64,000 bases of DNA from Nibricoccus sp. Its GTDB lineage: Bacteria > Verrucomicrobiota > Verrucomicrobiia > Opitutales > Opitutaceae. The notes under the pieces are model-generated. The model had not been told where the DNA came from and ran no database searches. It saw only the letters and a program-made list of their open reading frames with translations. Location: the NCBI GenBank assembly GCA_047602425.1, contig JASGHG010000001.1, positions 3,392,001 to 3,456,000 on the forward strand, read 5' to 3'. Both the position numbers and the translations under genes were made by a program. Below, piece after piece: positions 9,059-21,402 of this stretch; positions within the stretch are counted from its first letter, which is position 1, and every line of letters starts with the position of its first letter.

Positions 9059-9796
9059 ATGAAAACGCTCCATGGCTTTGCCCTGTTGTTGGCGGGACTC
9101 TTGGTGAGCCCGGCCCTTTCGCCAGCGGTTTTTGCCGCCGAGGCTTCGGATAAGAGACTAGCAGTGATACAGACCACCGAACCATTCGTGCGCACCAGGA
9201 TTGCCCAAGTCCTGCCCGCCCACGCGCAAGTTCGTTTGTTGATCAACGTGGACGCGACCGGAAAGCTCGTCGACTGGTTGTTGCTCGATTATTCCGAATC
9301 GATTTTTGCCGACGCCGTTGTGGACGCGGTGAAGCAGTGGAGATTCGATCCGGCGACTTACAAGGGCACGCCCATCGGCACGCGGACAACGCTGGTCTTC
9401 AATTTTGAAACAAATGGGCAGGTCGTATCGATGACTTGCCTGGATATGATCGATGCCTACATGAAAAACTTTACAAAGGACCAGATGGTGAAATGCGTGG
9501 TTCCGGGCAAGGAACTGGACTCCGCACCAAAGCCATTGGTTATGGTTTCGCCGCTGGCGATTCCGGCCGAACTAGCGGCCGGCGCCTCGGGTGTCACGGT
9601 CGATTTTTATATCGACGAAACCGGACGTCCCCGGATGCCCGCGGTGGATGTGAAGGAAAACGATCCGATGGCCCTGGCGTCGCTCGCCGCGATCGAGCAC
9701 TGGCGGTTCACGCCGCCGACGAGCAAAGGCCGCCCGGTCACTGTTAGAGCAACTCAGTGGTTCGATTTCAGCAAGACGACGGTTGCGGCAAAATAG
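9059..9796 (+). CDS. Exported protein with two TonB C-terminal domains
   Basis: Signal peptide MKTLHGFALLLAGLLVSPA. Two TonB_C motifs: DAVKQWRFDPA and AAIEHWRFTPP...VRATQWFDF. Confidence 0.8.
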   Translation: MKTLHGFALLLAGLLVSPALSPAVFAAEASDKRLAVIQTTEPFVRTRIAQVLPAHAQVRLLINVDATGKLVDWLLLDYSESIFADAVVDAVKQWRFDPATYKGTPIGTRTTLVFNFETNGQVVSMTCLDMIDAYMKNFTKDQMVKCVVPGKELDSAPKPLVMVSPLAIPAELAAGASGVTVDFYIDETGRPRMPAVDVKENDPMALASLAAIEHWRFTPPTSKGRPVTVRATQWFDFSKTTVAAK

Positions 9797-9799
9797 CGC

Positions 9800-11218
<1,419 letters not shown>

Positions 11219-11231
11219 GGACGATGTGATC

Positions 11232-11306
11232 GAGTTGAAGTTGGAAGGTTAAGTTGAAGTGGGAAAGGCGCGGGAGGTCGTGCGCTTCAACTTGTCACTT
11301 AAACTC
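11232..11306. repeat. Degenerate inverted repeat built from AAGTTGAAG units
   Basis: Left GAGTTGAAGT...AAGTTGAAG and right CTTCAACTT...ACTTAAACTC, in the sucB-lpdA spacer. Confidence 0.55.
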
Positions 11307-11315
11307 TCCTGAGCA

Positions 11316-12569
11316 TCAGATGCTCAGGAGCAGGCGAGCGGGGTCTTCGATGGCTTGCTTCACTTTTACGAGGAAAGTGACGGCTTCGCGGCCGTCGACT
11401 AGGCGGTGATCATAACTAAGCGCCAGATACATCATCGGGCGGATCACGACCTGGCCGTTGATGGCGACAGGACGATCATTGATGGCGTGGAGGCCGAGGA
11501 TGGCGCTTTGCGGGGCGTTGATGATCGGCGTGGACAGCATGGAGCCGAAGATGCCGCCGTTGGTGATGGTGAAGACGCCGCCTTCGAGATCGGCGAGGGT
11601 GATTTTGCCATCGCGGGCGCGCTTGGCGGCGTCAGCGATGGATTTTTCAATATCGGCCATCCCGAGTGCATCACAGCCGCGAATGACGGGGACCATGAGA
11701 CCCTTCTCCGTGGAAACAGCGACACCGATGTCGTAATAATGGTTCTGGACGATGGTTTCGCCGTCGATTTGGGCGTTGATGGCCGGAACTTCCTTGAGGG
11801 CGTTGACAACGGCCTTGGTGAAAAACGACATGAAGCCGAGCTTGAGGCCGTTTTTCTTCACGAAGTCGTCCTGGTATTTTGCGCGCAGGGCCATGACGGC
11901 GGACATGTCGACCTCGTTGAAAGTCGTGAGCATGGCGGCTTCGTGCTGGGCTGAAACCAGGCGCTCTGCAATGCGCTGACGGAGCGGGGAGAGTTTTTTG
12001 CGGGTTTGCTTTTCGGAGGACGGGACGGAGGCGGCTGGCGAGACGGACGTGGGCACGGAAGGTTTTTCAGCAGGAGTGACTGGCGTGGCAGGGATTGGAG
12101 ATTTGGGATTCGAAATTTCAGAAGCGGCTGCCGTGGCCTCCGAAGCCTTGGCGGTGGAGGCCGAGAGCATGTCTTCCTTGGTGACGCGGCCGCCTTTGCC
12201 GGTGCCGGCTAGTTTGGCTGGATCAATTCCTGTTTCCTCGGCGAGCCGGCGCACGGCGGGGGAACGGGGCAATTTGAGTTCCGCGGACTGGGCCTGCGTG
12301 ACCATGGGCGGAGCCGAATGCGAATCGACGCCGGTCGTATCGATCATGGCGACGAGCTGACCGATTTTGACGTCGGCCCCTTCGGCGATTTTCACGGAAA
12401 TCCGACCACCGGCCTCGGCCGTGGCCTCTGAGGTGATTTTGTCGGTTTCGAGTTCGAAGAGAGGCTGGTCTTTTTTGACGTAGGCGCCGTCTTTCACGTG
12501 CCATTTTGCCAAAACGCCGGAGGTGATCGATTCGCCCATGGGCGGGATTTTAACTTCGAGCAAAGCCAT
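11316..12569 (-). CDS. sucB: 2-oxoglutarate dehydrogenase E2, dihydrolipoamide succinyltransferase
   Basis: Lipoyl domain ETDK, E3-binding SPAVRRLA...GTGKGGR, catalytic SYDHRLVDG. Likely start MALLEVK at 12569. Confidence 0.97.
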   Translation of the reverse strand: MALLEVKIPPMGESITSGVLAKWHVKDGAYVKKDQPLFELETDKITSEATAEAGGRISVKIAEGADVKIGQLVAMIDTTGVDSHSAPPMVTQAQSAELKLPRSPAVRRLAEETGIDPAKLAGTGKGGRVTKEDMLSASTAKASEATAAASEISNPKSPIPATPVTPAEKPSVPTSVSPAASVPSSEKQTRKKLSPLRQRIAERLVSAQHEAAMLTTFNEVDMSAVMALRAKYQDDFVKKNGLKLGFMSFFTKAVVNALKEVPAINAQIDGETIVQNHYYDIGVAVSTEKGLMVPVIRGCDALGMADIEKSIADAAKRARDGKITLADLEGGVFTITNGGIFGSMLSTPIINAPQSAILGLHAINDRPVAINGQVVIRPMMYLALSYDHRLVDGREAVTFLVKVKQAIEDPARLLLSI

Positions 12570-12582
12570 AGGAATTGGGGTT

Positions 12583-15345
12583 TTAGAGATTAAAGGCGTC
12601 TTGGAGGAGGGCCGCACGCTCAATCTTATGGACGGCGAGGGCGCCGACGGCGGGCGAGGCACCTGCGTCGCGGCCGGCGTATGTCGCTTTGCGGCCGAAA
12701 ATTTCTTCGATTTGCGGAGCGATGTACGACCAAGCGCCCATGTTTTGCGGCTCTTCCTGGCACCAGACGAGATGGTTGGCGCGTCCGTACTTGTCGATTA
12801 GCGCAGAGAGACGGTTGCGGTGAAGCGGGTAAAGTTGCTCGATGCGGATGATCGCGGTGTCGTTGACCTTGTTCTTTTCGCGATACTCGACGAGATCATA
12901 GTAAACCTTGCCGGAGCAAAGGATGATGCGGCTCGGTTTGGCGGGAGCGAGTGGATCGTCCAGGATTTCCTGGAAGGAGCCGGACGTGAATTCGCCCAAC
13001 TTCGAGACGGCGGCGGGATGGCGCAGCAGCGACTTGGGCGACATGATGATCAGCGGCTTCTTGAAATCGCGGTGCATCTGGCGGCGAAGCGCATGGAAGA
13101 TTTGGGCCGGCGTGGTGAGGTTGGCGACCTGGATGTTGTTCTCGGCGCAGGCTTGCAGGAAGCGTTCAAGGCGAGCCGAGGAGTGCTCGGGGCCCTGTCC
13201 TTCATAACCATGAGGAAGAAGTAAAACGATGCCGCTGTTGCGCTGCCATTTTGACTCTGAGGAAACGATGAACTGATCAATGACGACCTGGGCTCCATTG
13301 GCGAAGTCGCCGAACTGGGCCTCCCAGATGCAGAGCATGCGCGGGTAATCGAGCGAATAGCCATAGTCGAAGCCAAGCACGGCGGCCTCGGAGAGAAGCG
13401 AATTATAAACGCAGAAACGCTCCTGCTTCTCGGCGAGGTGCATGAGCGGCACGTATTTTTCGCGCGTTTCGTGATCGTAAAGCACCGCGTGGCGATGGCT
13501 GAAGGTTCCGCGTTCGCAGTCCTGTCCGGAAAGGCGGACGGGAATTCCCTCAAGAAGCAGCGTGCCGAACGCGAGGGACTCGCCAAGGCCCCAGTCGATC
13601 GAGCCCCCGTCCTTGATCGCTTGCGCACGGGTTTCGAGAAGGCGCTTGATCTTGGGGTTGGTTTTGAAATGGGCGGGGACGTTGGTCATGCCGCGCACGC
13701 ATTGTTCGATGAGGGCTTGCGGCACGCCGGTTTGGACGGCGGTGTGTTGGTAGACGGGTTGAAAAATCGCGGTGGACCCGCGGAATTTCTCGGTGGGATC
13801 GTGCTTGGCTTTTTCCGCCTCGGCGGCCTTCGCCTTGGTGAACGAGGCTTCCATCGCGGAGGTGTATTCGGCCTTGATCGCGTCGGAATCGGCCTGCGTG
13901 ATCGAACCTTCGGCGACGAGCTTCTCGGTGTAGAGGGTCGAAAGCAGCGGATGGGTCGCGATTTTCCGGTAGAGAGTGGGTTGGGTGAAGGCTGGTTCGT
14001 CGGTCTCGTTGTGGCCGTGGCGGCGGAAGCAGTACATGTCGATCACGACGTCGCGCTGAAACTTCATGCGGAAGTCGAGCGCGAGCTGGGTCACAAGACA
14101 GACGGCCTCGGCGTCGTCACCATTCACATGGAAAACGGGCGCCTCGATCATTTTCGCCACATCGGTGCAGTAGCGGGTCGATCGGGCGTCTCCGGGCAGT
14201 GTGGTAAAGCCGATCTGGTTGTTGATGACAAAATGGATCGTGCCGCCGGTGCGATAGCCCTGAAGCTGGGAAAAATTGAGCGTTTCTGCGACGACGCCCT
14301 GGCCGGCAAACGCGGCGTCGCCGTGTATCAGGAAAGGCAATACCTTGCGGCGTTCGGCGGTGTCGCCGCGGATGCGTTGGCGGGCGCGGGCTTTGCCCTC
14401 GACGACGGGATTGACGATCTCAAGGTGTGATGGGTTGGCAGCGAGACGGACTTCGACCTTCTTGCCTGCGGCGGTATCGAGAATGGCTTCGTAACCAAGA
14501 TGGTATTTCACGTCGCCATCGCCGCCGACGGCGTGGGGAATGTAGTTTTCCGAAAATTGTTCGAAGAGAACATCGAAAGGCTTGCGAAGAATGTTGGTCA
14601 GCACGCTGAGACGGCCGCGATGGGCCATGCCCATGACGATTTCCTCCACGCCGGCCTGCGGGCTGCTTTCGATCAAGGTATCGAGCGCGGCGATCATCGT
14701 TTCGCCGCCTTCGAGCGAGAAACGTTTTTGTCCAACGTATTTCGTGTGAAGAAATTTTTCGAAAAGCTCGGCCTTATGAAGACGGCGAAGAATGCGGAGC
14801 TTTTGAGTTTTATTGAATTGGGGACGCAGGCGGGTCGGTTCGATGCGTTCCTGAAGCCAGCGGCGCACTTCGGTGTCCTGGATGTAGACGTATTCCACGC
14901 CAATATGGCCGCAGTAGGTTTCGCGCAGGCTGTCGACCAAGTCGCGCAATTTCATCAGGCCGCCATTGAGATAGTGGCCGACGTCGAAACGATCGTCGAG
15001 ATCGGCTTCGCTCAGCTTGAACTCGCTGAGTTGCAGTCTCGGCGATGGCGGTGGCGGAGTGCTGAGCGGATCAAGGTGAGCTTGGTGATGGCCGATGGAT
15101 CGGTAATGGTAGATTAGGCTGTGAACTTGGGATTGCTTGAGGCTTTGCGGAAGCGAGGTGGCGGGAGTTTCCGAGGTAATGGGGCCGGAAACGCCATTGA
15201 TCAGGTTGCCGCTGGTGCCGAGGGTGAAGCCTTGAAAAAAAGCGCGCCACGTGGCGTCGACGGATTCGGGATTCTCAAGCCAGGCGCGATAAGAGGATTC
15301 GAGAATGTCGGCGTTGGCACGCGTGGGGAGCGTCATGGAATTCAT
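12583..15345 (-). CDS. sucA: 2-oxoglutarate dehydrogenase E1
   Basis: [33 protein letters not shown] and GPEHSSAR motifs. Confidence 0.97.
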   Translation of the reverse strand: MNSMTLPTRANADILESSYRAWLENPESVDATWRAFFQGFTLGTSGNLINGVSGPITSETPATSLPQSLKQSQVHSLIYHYRSIGHHQAHLDPLSTPPPPSPRLQLSEFKLSEADLDDRFDVGHYLNGGLMKLRDLVDSLRETYCGHIGVEYVYIQDTEVRRWLQERIEPTRLRPQFNKTQKLRILRRLHKAELFEKFLHTKYVGQKRFSLEGGETMIAALDTLIESSPQAGVEEIVMGMAHRGRLSVLTNILRKPFDVLFEQFSENYIPHAVGGDGDVKYHLGYEAILDTAAGKKVEVRLAANPSHLEIVNPVVEGKARARQRIRGDTAERRKVLPFLIHGDAAFAGQGVVAETLNFSQLQGYRTGGTIHFVINNQIGFTTLPGDARSTRYCTDVAKMIEAPVFHVNGDDAEAVCLVTQLALDFRMKFQRDVVIDMYCFRRHGHNETDEPAFTQPTLYRKIATHPLLSTLYTEKLVAEGSITQADSDAIKAEYTSAMEASFTKAKAAEAEKAKHDPTEKFRGSTAIFQPVYQHTAVQTGVPQALIEQCVRGMTNVPAHFKTNPKIKRLLETRAQAIKDGGSIDWGLGESLAFGTLLLEGIPVRLSGQDCERGTFSHRHAVLYDHETREKYVPLMHLAEKQERFCVYNSLLSEAAVLGFDYGYSLDYPRMLCIWEAQFGDFANGAQVVIDQFIVSSESKWQRNSGIVLLLPHGYEGQGPEHSSARLERFLQACAENNIQVANLTTPAQIFHALRRQMHRDFKKPLIIMSPKSLLRHPAAVSKLGEFTSGSFQEILDDPLAPAKPSRIILCSGKVYYDLVEYREKNKVNDTAIIRIEQLYPLHRNRLSALIDKYGRANHLVWCQEEPQNMGAWSYIAPQIEEIFGRKATYAGRDAGASPAVGALAVHKIERAALLQDAFNL

Positions 15346-15539
15346 CGGAAGGAAAGATTTGGAAAGTGGTGGAACTAGGAGGCTCCCGCATTAACGAGCT
15401 TTATACGGGGAGTGAAAAAAAGTGAACTCCACCTGACAAATGGTTCAAGTCGATTACCCATTGTATAGCCGTCCTGCGCCTACTTTGCAGGAAAGTTAAG
15501 ACACTGATGGTAAACCGATAATTACAGGTAATAACCCGC

Positions 15540-15788
15540 ATGGAAACTGAGATCAAAGCATCGCTAATCAATCTAATGGGTGGCATTAAAGCCGCTGATG
15601 GAAAAGTCATCGTTGCGGCGACATCGCGGCTGGATGAGCTGGTAGCGCTGAGCCGAAGCAGACTGCATCCGCAACTCGTTCACTTTCTAGAACGGCGGAG
15701 CTACGACAAGGCCTTGCAGTTTCTCTCCGGCGTCAGCGATATCCCGGCTGGAATTTGTGGCGGAGGCAAAGTAAAGACGGGGCCATAA
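15540..15788 (+). CDS. Small hypothetical helical protein
   Basis: 82-aa ORF with an ATG start; its stop abuts the start of the SUI1 gene (TAA ATG). Confidence 0.7.
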   Translation: METEIKASLINLMGGIKAADGKVIVAATSRLDELVALSRSRLHPQLVHFLERRSYDKALQFLSGVSDIPAGICGGGKVKTGP

Positions 15789-16193
15789 ATGAGCTCCTCG
15801 AACAAGATTCCGACCGATGGCGGACAAAGTCTCGGGCAAAATTCCTTCGCCGCGCTGGACGGATTGTCGCTGCCTTCTAATGGAGCTGCGCCCCAGCAGC
15901 CTGCGGTCAATTTAACTCAAAAGGCGGCGCCGGAGGCTCCGGCCAAGAATCGCGGACGGGTCGACATCTTGCGCGAAAAAGCCGGACGCGGCGGAAAAAC
16001 GGTCACCGTGGCCACGGGTTTTGTCGGTATCGGCTTGCCGGAAAAAGAAGCCCTCGCGAAAAAAATGCAGAAAGCGGCTGGTTCGGGTGGAACCGTGAAA
16101 GACGGCCGCATTGAAATCCAAGGCGACAAGCGCGAAGTGGTCGCGCGTATTTTGACCGAGGCCGGTTTCCGGCCGGTCATGGCCGGCGGATGA
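15789..16193 (+). CDS. yciH: Translation initiation factor SUI1/YciH family
   Basis: REKAGRGGKTVTV and GSGGTVKDGRIEIQGD motifs. Confidence 0.92.
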   Translation: MSSSNKIPTDGGQSLGQNSFAALDGLSLPSNGAAPQQPAVNLTQKAAPEAPAKNRGRVDILREKAGRGGKTVTVATGFVGIGLPEKEALAKKMQKAAGSGGTVKDGRIEIQGDKREVVARILTEAGFRPVMAGG

Positions 16194-16277
16194 AGAAACT
16201 TTAATTTCCTGAATCTCGCAGAAAAAACGGAGCGCGCGGAGGGTGCGCAGATCTGCGGACAATCCCCGCTATCCCGC

Positions 16278-17126
16278 CTACCGCGAACTACTTTCTGTGT
16301 ATCCGCCGCTCCACTTCAATTTGGCGCGCATGACGGAGAAATGGGAATAATCGAGACGCTGCACCAGCGGAAGTTCCTGCTTTGCCACGGCGATTTCGAT
16401 GGGCGAACCTTCGCAGGTCACAAGGTTGCGCTGACCGTCCATGGCCACCAGCAGGCGGGAGGGCTCGCTGCGATTGACGACCCGGAGCTTCACATCGCCT
16501 CGGAAAATGATGGAGCGATTGCTCAGCGTGTGCGGACAAATCGGCGTCATCGCGATCACGCCCGCGTTGGGATGAATGAGGGGGCCGCCGGCGGAGAGAT
16601 TGTAGGCGGTCGAACCCGTTGGCGTGGAAAAAATCAGACCGTCGCAAACGTACTCGGTGACGAGCTCGTCATCGGCGAAAACCTCCAAGCGCACGAGGCG
16701 CGAGGTGCGCTCGTCCTTGATGAGGACATCGTTAAGCGCAACGTCGTGCTGGTGGCCCTCGCAGGAGGAGCAGCTAAGCAGTGAACGTTTTGCGAGGCGA
16801 AATTCGCCGGCGAGCAGCGATGGAAACTGTGCGCGCACTTCATCGGCGGAAAATGTCGTGAGGAAGCCCAGGCTGCCGCGGTTCACGCCGATGATCGGCA
16901 CTTGTGCGCGGGCGGACTCGCACACGACACCGAGCAAGGTGCCGTCGCCACCGATCACGCAGCAGGCATCGCAGCCTTTAAGAAAACCCGTGGCTACAGG
17001 GAATTGTTCGGTATGGACTATGCGGATACCGCTGGCCTTGGCCATGTCCATCAAAGCCTGGGCAAGTTCGCTGGCGCCGCTTTTTTGGGCGTTTACAACA
17101 AACGCGAGGCTGCGGATGGGTGTCAT
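16278..17126 (-). CDS. nadK: NAD(+) kinase
   Basis: GGDGT, GSLGFL, LND and STPTGSTAYNLSAGGP motifs. Confidence 0.95.
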   Translation of the reverse strand: MTPIRSLAFVVNAQKSGASELAQALMDMAKASGIRIVHTEQFPVATGFLKGCDACCVIGGDGTLLGVVCESARAQVPIIGVNRGSLGFLTTFSADEVRAQFPSLLAGEFRLAKRSLLSCSSCEGHQHDVALNDVLIKDERTSRLVRLEVFADDELVTEYVCDGLIFSTPTGSTAYNLSAGGPLIHPNAGVIAMTPICPHTLSNRSIIFRGDVKLRVVNRSEPSRLLVAMDGQRNLVTCEGSPIEIAVAKQELPLVQRLDYSHFSVMRAKLKWSGGYTESSSR

Positions 17127-17162
17127 TGGGTGCGGGAGAGTTTGACGGTGTGGTCGCTGTAT

Positions 17163-17193
17163 ACTCCGTGTCGGAGCTTTGTATCTCTGTGCC
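17163..17193. repeat. Solitary degenerate arm of the CACAGAG palindromic repeat family
   Basis: ACTCCGTGTCGGAGCTTTGTATCTCTGTG closely matches ACTCTGTGTCGGAGCTCTGTGTCCTCTGTG near 62785-62815. Confidence 0.7.
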
Positions 17194-17229
17194 TTAACGG
17201 ATTGGAGGGTGCATGACCCGGCGCTGGAT

Positions 17230-17979
17230 TCAAGTTTTTCGCAGTCCGATCAGGAATTCGCGATTGCCGTCAGTTCCCGTGATGGGGGAGTCCATTGAAC
17301 CGATGAGTGCGGAGCCACCCAGCTCGCCGAGTGCAAAGGCAGTGATGTCGGCGAGCACGGCGTTTTGCACAGCGACATCGCGAATGACGCCGCGGCCTTT
17401 GTCGACCTCGGCTTTGCCGGCTTCGAATTGTGGCTTAACGAGTGCGATCAAGGTTCCGCCGTTCCGCACGAACGGCCATACGGCGGGTAGCACGGCCTTG
17501 AGCGAAATGAACGAAAGATCCATGACCACGACGTCGAACTCGTCGCGAGGCAGAAAACCGGGTTTGAGATGGCGGGCGTTGACCTGTTCGAAATTGGTGA
17601 CGCGAGGATCGGCTCGGAGCTTGGCGTGCAGTTGCGCACGGCCCACGTCGACACAGGTCGCGGTTGCGGCACCGGCTTGTAACGCACAGTCGGTAAAACC
17701 TCCGGTGGAGGCGCCGACGTCCAGCAAGTGCGCACCGCGCAGATCGAGCGGAAATTTTTCCAGGAAGCCCGCAAGTTTTTCGCCGCCGCGGCTCACGAAA
17801 CGGGGCGGTTGTTCGACAACGAGCTCAACATCGTGAGGATATTCTTTGCCCGGTTTGTCGAGACGTTCGGTGCCGCGCAAAACGCGTCCCGACATAATCA
17901 AACCCTTGGCCTGCGAACGCGTTTCCGCCAGGCCTCGGGCGACGAGCAATTCATCCAAGCGTTGTTTGGCGGCGGGCAT
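17230..17979 (-). CDS. tlyA: TlyA family rRNA 2'-O-methyltransferase
   Basis: S4 domain [40 protein letters not shown] and GNREF motifs. Confidence 0.95.
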   Translation of the reverse strand: MPAAKQRLDELLVARGLAETRSQAKGLIMSGRVLRGTERLDKPGKEYPHDVELVVEQPPRFVSRGGEKLAGFLEKFPLDLRGAHLLDVGASTGGFTDCALQAGAATATCVDVGRAQLHAKLRADPRVTNFEQVNARHLKPGFLPRDEFDVVVMDLSFISLKAVLPAVWPFVRNGGTLIALVKPQFEAGKAEVDKGRGVIRDVAVQNAVLADITAFALGELGGSALIGSMDSPITGTDGNREFLIGLRKT

Positions 17980-18115
17980 TTAAACAGGACAGGAAACGCA
18001 GTTTGGCCGGGGCGTCGATGCGATAAGCGGCGGCTTATGAATTGAAACCGCACAACAAGGGCGCGCGCTTTCCGGCTTCCCTGTGCTCCGTGGATTGCCC
18101 TACGGTAGCGTTTCC

Positions 18116-19828
18116 ATGTCTCAAGCTCCTGACGCGCCTTACGATCCTTACGACCAGCCGCCAACGTTTATCGACAAACATCGTGATTGGATTTGGGCGG
18201 CGGGCGTGTTTATCGCGACAATTTTGCTAACCGTTTTGGCGTATCCGCCCAATTTTCCGGAATTCGGCTACGCCTTTGCCGTGCCGGCGATTTTTTGGGC
18301 GTACATGAAGCCCGACTTCAAACTCTATGCGGGCACCATGGCTGCCGCGCAAATGATCGCATGGACGGTCATGTTGGGCTGGTTGCATCATGTGACCTGG
18401 TTCGGTCTTTTGCTTCTCGGGCCGTTTGTCGGCTTGTGGGTGGGAGTCTGGTATCTGGCGGCTTGGTGGACGATGTCGCGGATGGTTGGCCGGCCCACGA
18501 TAAACCGCCTCGTGATCATGCTTGGCCTGGCGGCGTTGTGGGTCGTACTGGAGTGGACGCGCAACTGGTTTCTCACCGGTTTTCCCTGGATGCCGCTTGC
18601 GGCGACGCAGTGGAAAATGGTGAGCATGTTGCAAATTGCCGCCTATACGGGTTCGGGAGGTATATCATTCGTGATCATGGTGGTGAACATCGCGTTTGCC
18701 GCTTATGCGCATCGGCTTTTTCGCGAAGGCGCACGCGGCTTCAACAAGCGCAGCCAGGAATTCTTTTTCGCGCTGTTCCTTGTACTGGCGTGTTTTTGCC
18801 TCTTTCTCGTGGTTGTAACGAATCGCAAGCATTTCACGCAGCCGCTCGCGCGCATTGCATTTGTGCAACCGTATATTCCGCAGGCCGTGAAATGGGATGA
18901 AGCGAAGGCTCCGCAGATCATGCAGACAATCGAGGAGTTGACGTTGCGGGCGGGGGCGACGAACCCCGATCTCATTCTGTGGCCCGAAGCCGTGACGCCA
19001 TACGCGGTGAAAGGCATGCCCGCGATGCAGAAGTGGACGGAAAATTTGGTCGTCCGCGCACGTGTGCCGGTGCTGATGGGTTCGGTTGAAGTCGCAAATC
19101 CCAACACTCCGCAGGAAATCTGGCGCAATGGCGCTTTTGTGATCGATCCTGAAAACGGACTTCTCCCAACCAGTTATGCGAAACGACATCTCGTGCCCTT
19201 TGGCGAATATGTGCCGTTACGCCCGCTTTTTGGCTGGTTGAAGAAATTCACTGAGGTGAGCGACGGAGATTTTACTCCAGGCAACAGCTCGGCGACAATG
19301 CTGGTTAAATCAGCCGGCGGAGCGTTCACGATCGGGTCGCTGGTTTGCTACGAGGATATTTTCCCAAACTTAGCCCGGCAAAGCGTGCTCGATGGCGCCG
19401 ATGTACTTGCAGTCGTGACTAACAACGCTTGGTACGGCGAAGGCGGCGCCGCTTATCAACACGCGGCGCATTCGGTCCTGCGCGCCGTGGAACTTCGTCG
19501 GCCGGTGCTTCGGTGTGGCAACGGTGGCTGGAGCGGCTGGATCGACGAGTATGGCAACATCTGCGCCGAACTGAAACGTCTTCCTGACGGCGTCATCACG
19601 ACGAAGGTGAAACATGACCCGGCCGACAAGGAGCTTGACGCTGGTTCGGTCTATTTCCGTGGCACGGCCACGGTCAACGTCAGCTACGACAATCGTTTTC
19701 GTGGCACGCAAAGCTTTTACGCAGAGCATGGCGACTGGTTCGTTTCCTTCTGCGCGGGATTGGCCTGTTTCGCCTATTACGTCGCCTTGGTCTCCAAAGT
19801 GGCGAAGAAACCGGCCGGAGAAGAATAA
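18116..19828 (+). CDS. lnt: Apolipoprotein N-acyltransferase
   Basis: TGFPW, WPE, KRHLVPFGEY, VCYED, TNNAWY, QH and RAVE motifs plus multiple TM segments. Confidence 0.95.
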   Translation: MSQAPDAPYDPYDQPPTFIDKHRDWIWAAGVFIATILLTVLAYPPNFPEFGYAFAVPAIFWAYMKPDFKLYAGTMAAAQMIAWTVMLGWLHHVTWFGLLLLGPFVGLWVGVWYLAAWWTMSRMVGRPTINRLVIMLGLAALWVVLEWTRNWFLTGFPWMPLAATQWKMVSMLQIAAYTGSGGISFVIMVVNIAFAAYAHRLFREGARGFNKRSQEFFFALFLVLACFCLFLVVVTNRKHFTQPLARIAFVQPYIPQAVKWDEAKAPQIMQTIEELTLRAGATNPDLILWPEAVTPYAVKGMPAMQKWTENLVVRARVPVLMGSVEVANPNTPQEIWRNGAFVIDPENGLLPTSYAKRHLVPFGEYVPLRPLFGWLKKFTEVSDGDFTPGNSSATMLVKSAGGAFTIGSLVCYEDIFPNLARQSVLDGADVLAVVTNNAWYGEGGAAYQHAAHSVLRAVELRRPVLRCGNGGWSGWIDEYGNICAELKRLPDGVITTKVKHDPADKELDAGSVYFRGTATVNVSYDNRFRGTQSFYAEHGDWFVSFCAGLACFAYYVALVSKVAKKPAGEE

Positions 19829-19983
19829 TGCGAAGCGCTTTGCCCGTTTAAGGCGATTGCGCGAGTTGCTCTCCCAAAGACAGAGTAGCCTAAGAGGTTA
19901 CTTTGCATGTGGCCGTTCACTGTAGGATAAATCGTTTTTTCCGTGCGCGCAGAAAGAAGGTGGTTTGAATCGGGATACTTATT

Positions 19984-21315
19984 ATGTCGCGTGTTTTTCC
20001 CGAGGCCAGAGCAACGTTGACGCTCGCCGTGCCGATTATCCTCGGCCAGGTGAGCCAGATGCTCATGGGCACGGTCGACAGTCTCATGATCGGGCAGGTG
20101 GGCAAAGTTCCATTGGCGGCCTCGGCTTTTGCGGGAAGCGTGTTTGGCTTTTTCTACGTGAGCAGTCTCGGGCTGTGCTTTCCGGTCGCCGTCCTGGTTT
20201 CTCGCGCGCACGGCGCAGTCCAGCCGAAAGAATGCGGTGAGTGGCTGCGACATGGCCTAGCGGTGGCAACAGGTTGTGGTTTGGCCACCGCGCTGCTGAT
20301 GGAATTCTTGGGCACGCAACTGCACCGCTTCGGGCAGCCCGTGGAGGTGGTCGAGGCGGCACAGCCGTTTTTTTCATTAATTGCAGCCTCGTTGATACCG
20401 GCCTTGATGTTTCAAGCATTTCGTCAGTTTTCCGAATCACTCGGACGGCCGTGGCTCCCGATGGGCATTATGCTCGGTGGTGTGTTGCTGAATGTCGTGC
20501 TGAACTGGATACTGATCTACGGCAATCTGGGAGCGCCAGCGCTGGGTTTGACGGGAGCTGGAATATCAACACTCGTGGCGCGCTGGGGCGATTTGCTTCT
20601 GTTGTGGTTTTTCCTGCGTCGGGATCAAACGATGCGCCCGAATTGGCCCGTGCATTGGTGGCGGCGACTGGAAGGGCAACGGCTGCGCGAGCATCTCAGC
20701 ATCGGTGTACCGGCCTCGGGACAGCTGGTGTTCGAAGCAGGTGCCTTCACCATGGCGGCTTGGATGATGGGCCGGCTGGGAACCGTGGCTTTGGCTGCGC
20801 ACCAAATCGCGCTGAGCTGTGCCGCCACGACCTTCATGTTTCCGCTGGGGTTAGCCATGGCGTCGGGCATGCGCGTGAGCCAAGTGATCGGTGCGGGCAA
20901 GCGCGAGTTGGTTCGTCCGATTGGTTGTGGTTCCTATGCGATGGGTTGCCTGGCCATGGGGACGTTTGCGCTGGTATTCTGGCTGGGTGGAACGTGGATC
21001 GCGCAACGGTTTGTCGATGATCGCACAGTGGTGGCACTGGCAGCGCGATTGCTCGCGGTGGCTGCGCTATTCCAGCTTTTCGACGGTGGTCAGGTGGTGG
21101 GTGCGAGCCTATTGCGCGGACTGGCCGATATGAAAGTACCGACAGCGATTACCTTTGTTGCCTACTGGTGCGTAATGCTGCCAATGGGCTATTGGTGCGG
21201 CGTGCGAGCGGGTAACCCGCTGGGCGTCTGGTTGGCGCTGATCTTTGGTTTAGGCGTTGCAGCGGTACTGCTGGCCTGGCGGTTTTGGTCAAAGACGCGT
21301 GTATCCCGGGGCTAG
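19984..21315 (+). CDS. MATE family efflux transporter (NorM-like)
   Basis: LAVPIILGQ, VDSLMIG, GAPALGLTGAG and FQLFDG motifs; about 12 TM segments. Confidence 0.92.
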   Translation: MSRVFPEARATLTLAVPIILGQVSQMLMGTVDSLMIGQVGKVPLAASAFAGSVFGFFYVSSLGLCFPVAVLVSRAHGAVQPKECGEWLRHGLAVATGCGLATALLMEFLGTQLHRFGQPVEVVEAAQPFFSLIAASLIPALMFQAFRQFSESLGRPWLPMGIMLGGVLLNVVLNWILIYGNLGAPALGLTGAGISTLVARWGDLLLLWFFLRRDQTMRPNWPVHWWRRLEGQRLREHLSIGVPASGQLVFEAGAFTMAAWMMGRLGTVALAAHQIALSCAATTFMFPLGLAMASGMRVSQVIGAGKRELVRPIGCGSYAMGCLAMGTFALVFWLGGTWIAQRFVDDRTVVALAARLLAVAALFQLFDGGQVVGASLLRGLADMKVPTAITFVAYWCVMLPMGYWCGVRAGNPLGVWLALIFGLGVAAVLLAWRFWSKTRVSRG

Positions 21316-21402
21316 GGGCATACATTGAGCCGCTGATCGCGTGCCCAGTGTTTTTGTCAATTTTGTGCGGTTTTTCTACGGTCGGACGTCTATTGTCGTG
21401 TG

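Noticed and set aside
17230..17979. TlyA and hemolysin III (46908-47558) as virulence toxins
   Set aside because: Both are widespread housekeeping families (rRNA methyltransferase; PAQR membrane protein), and tlyA next to nadK is a common arrangement.
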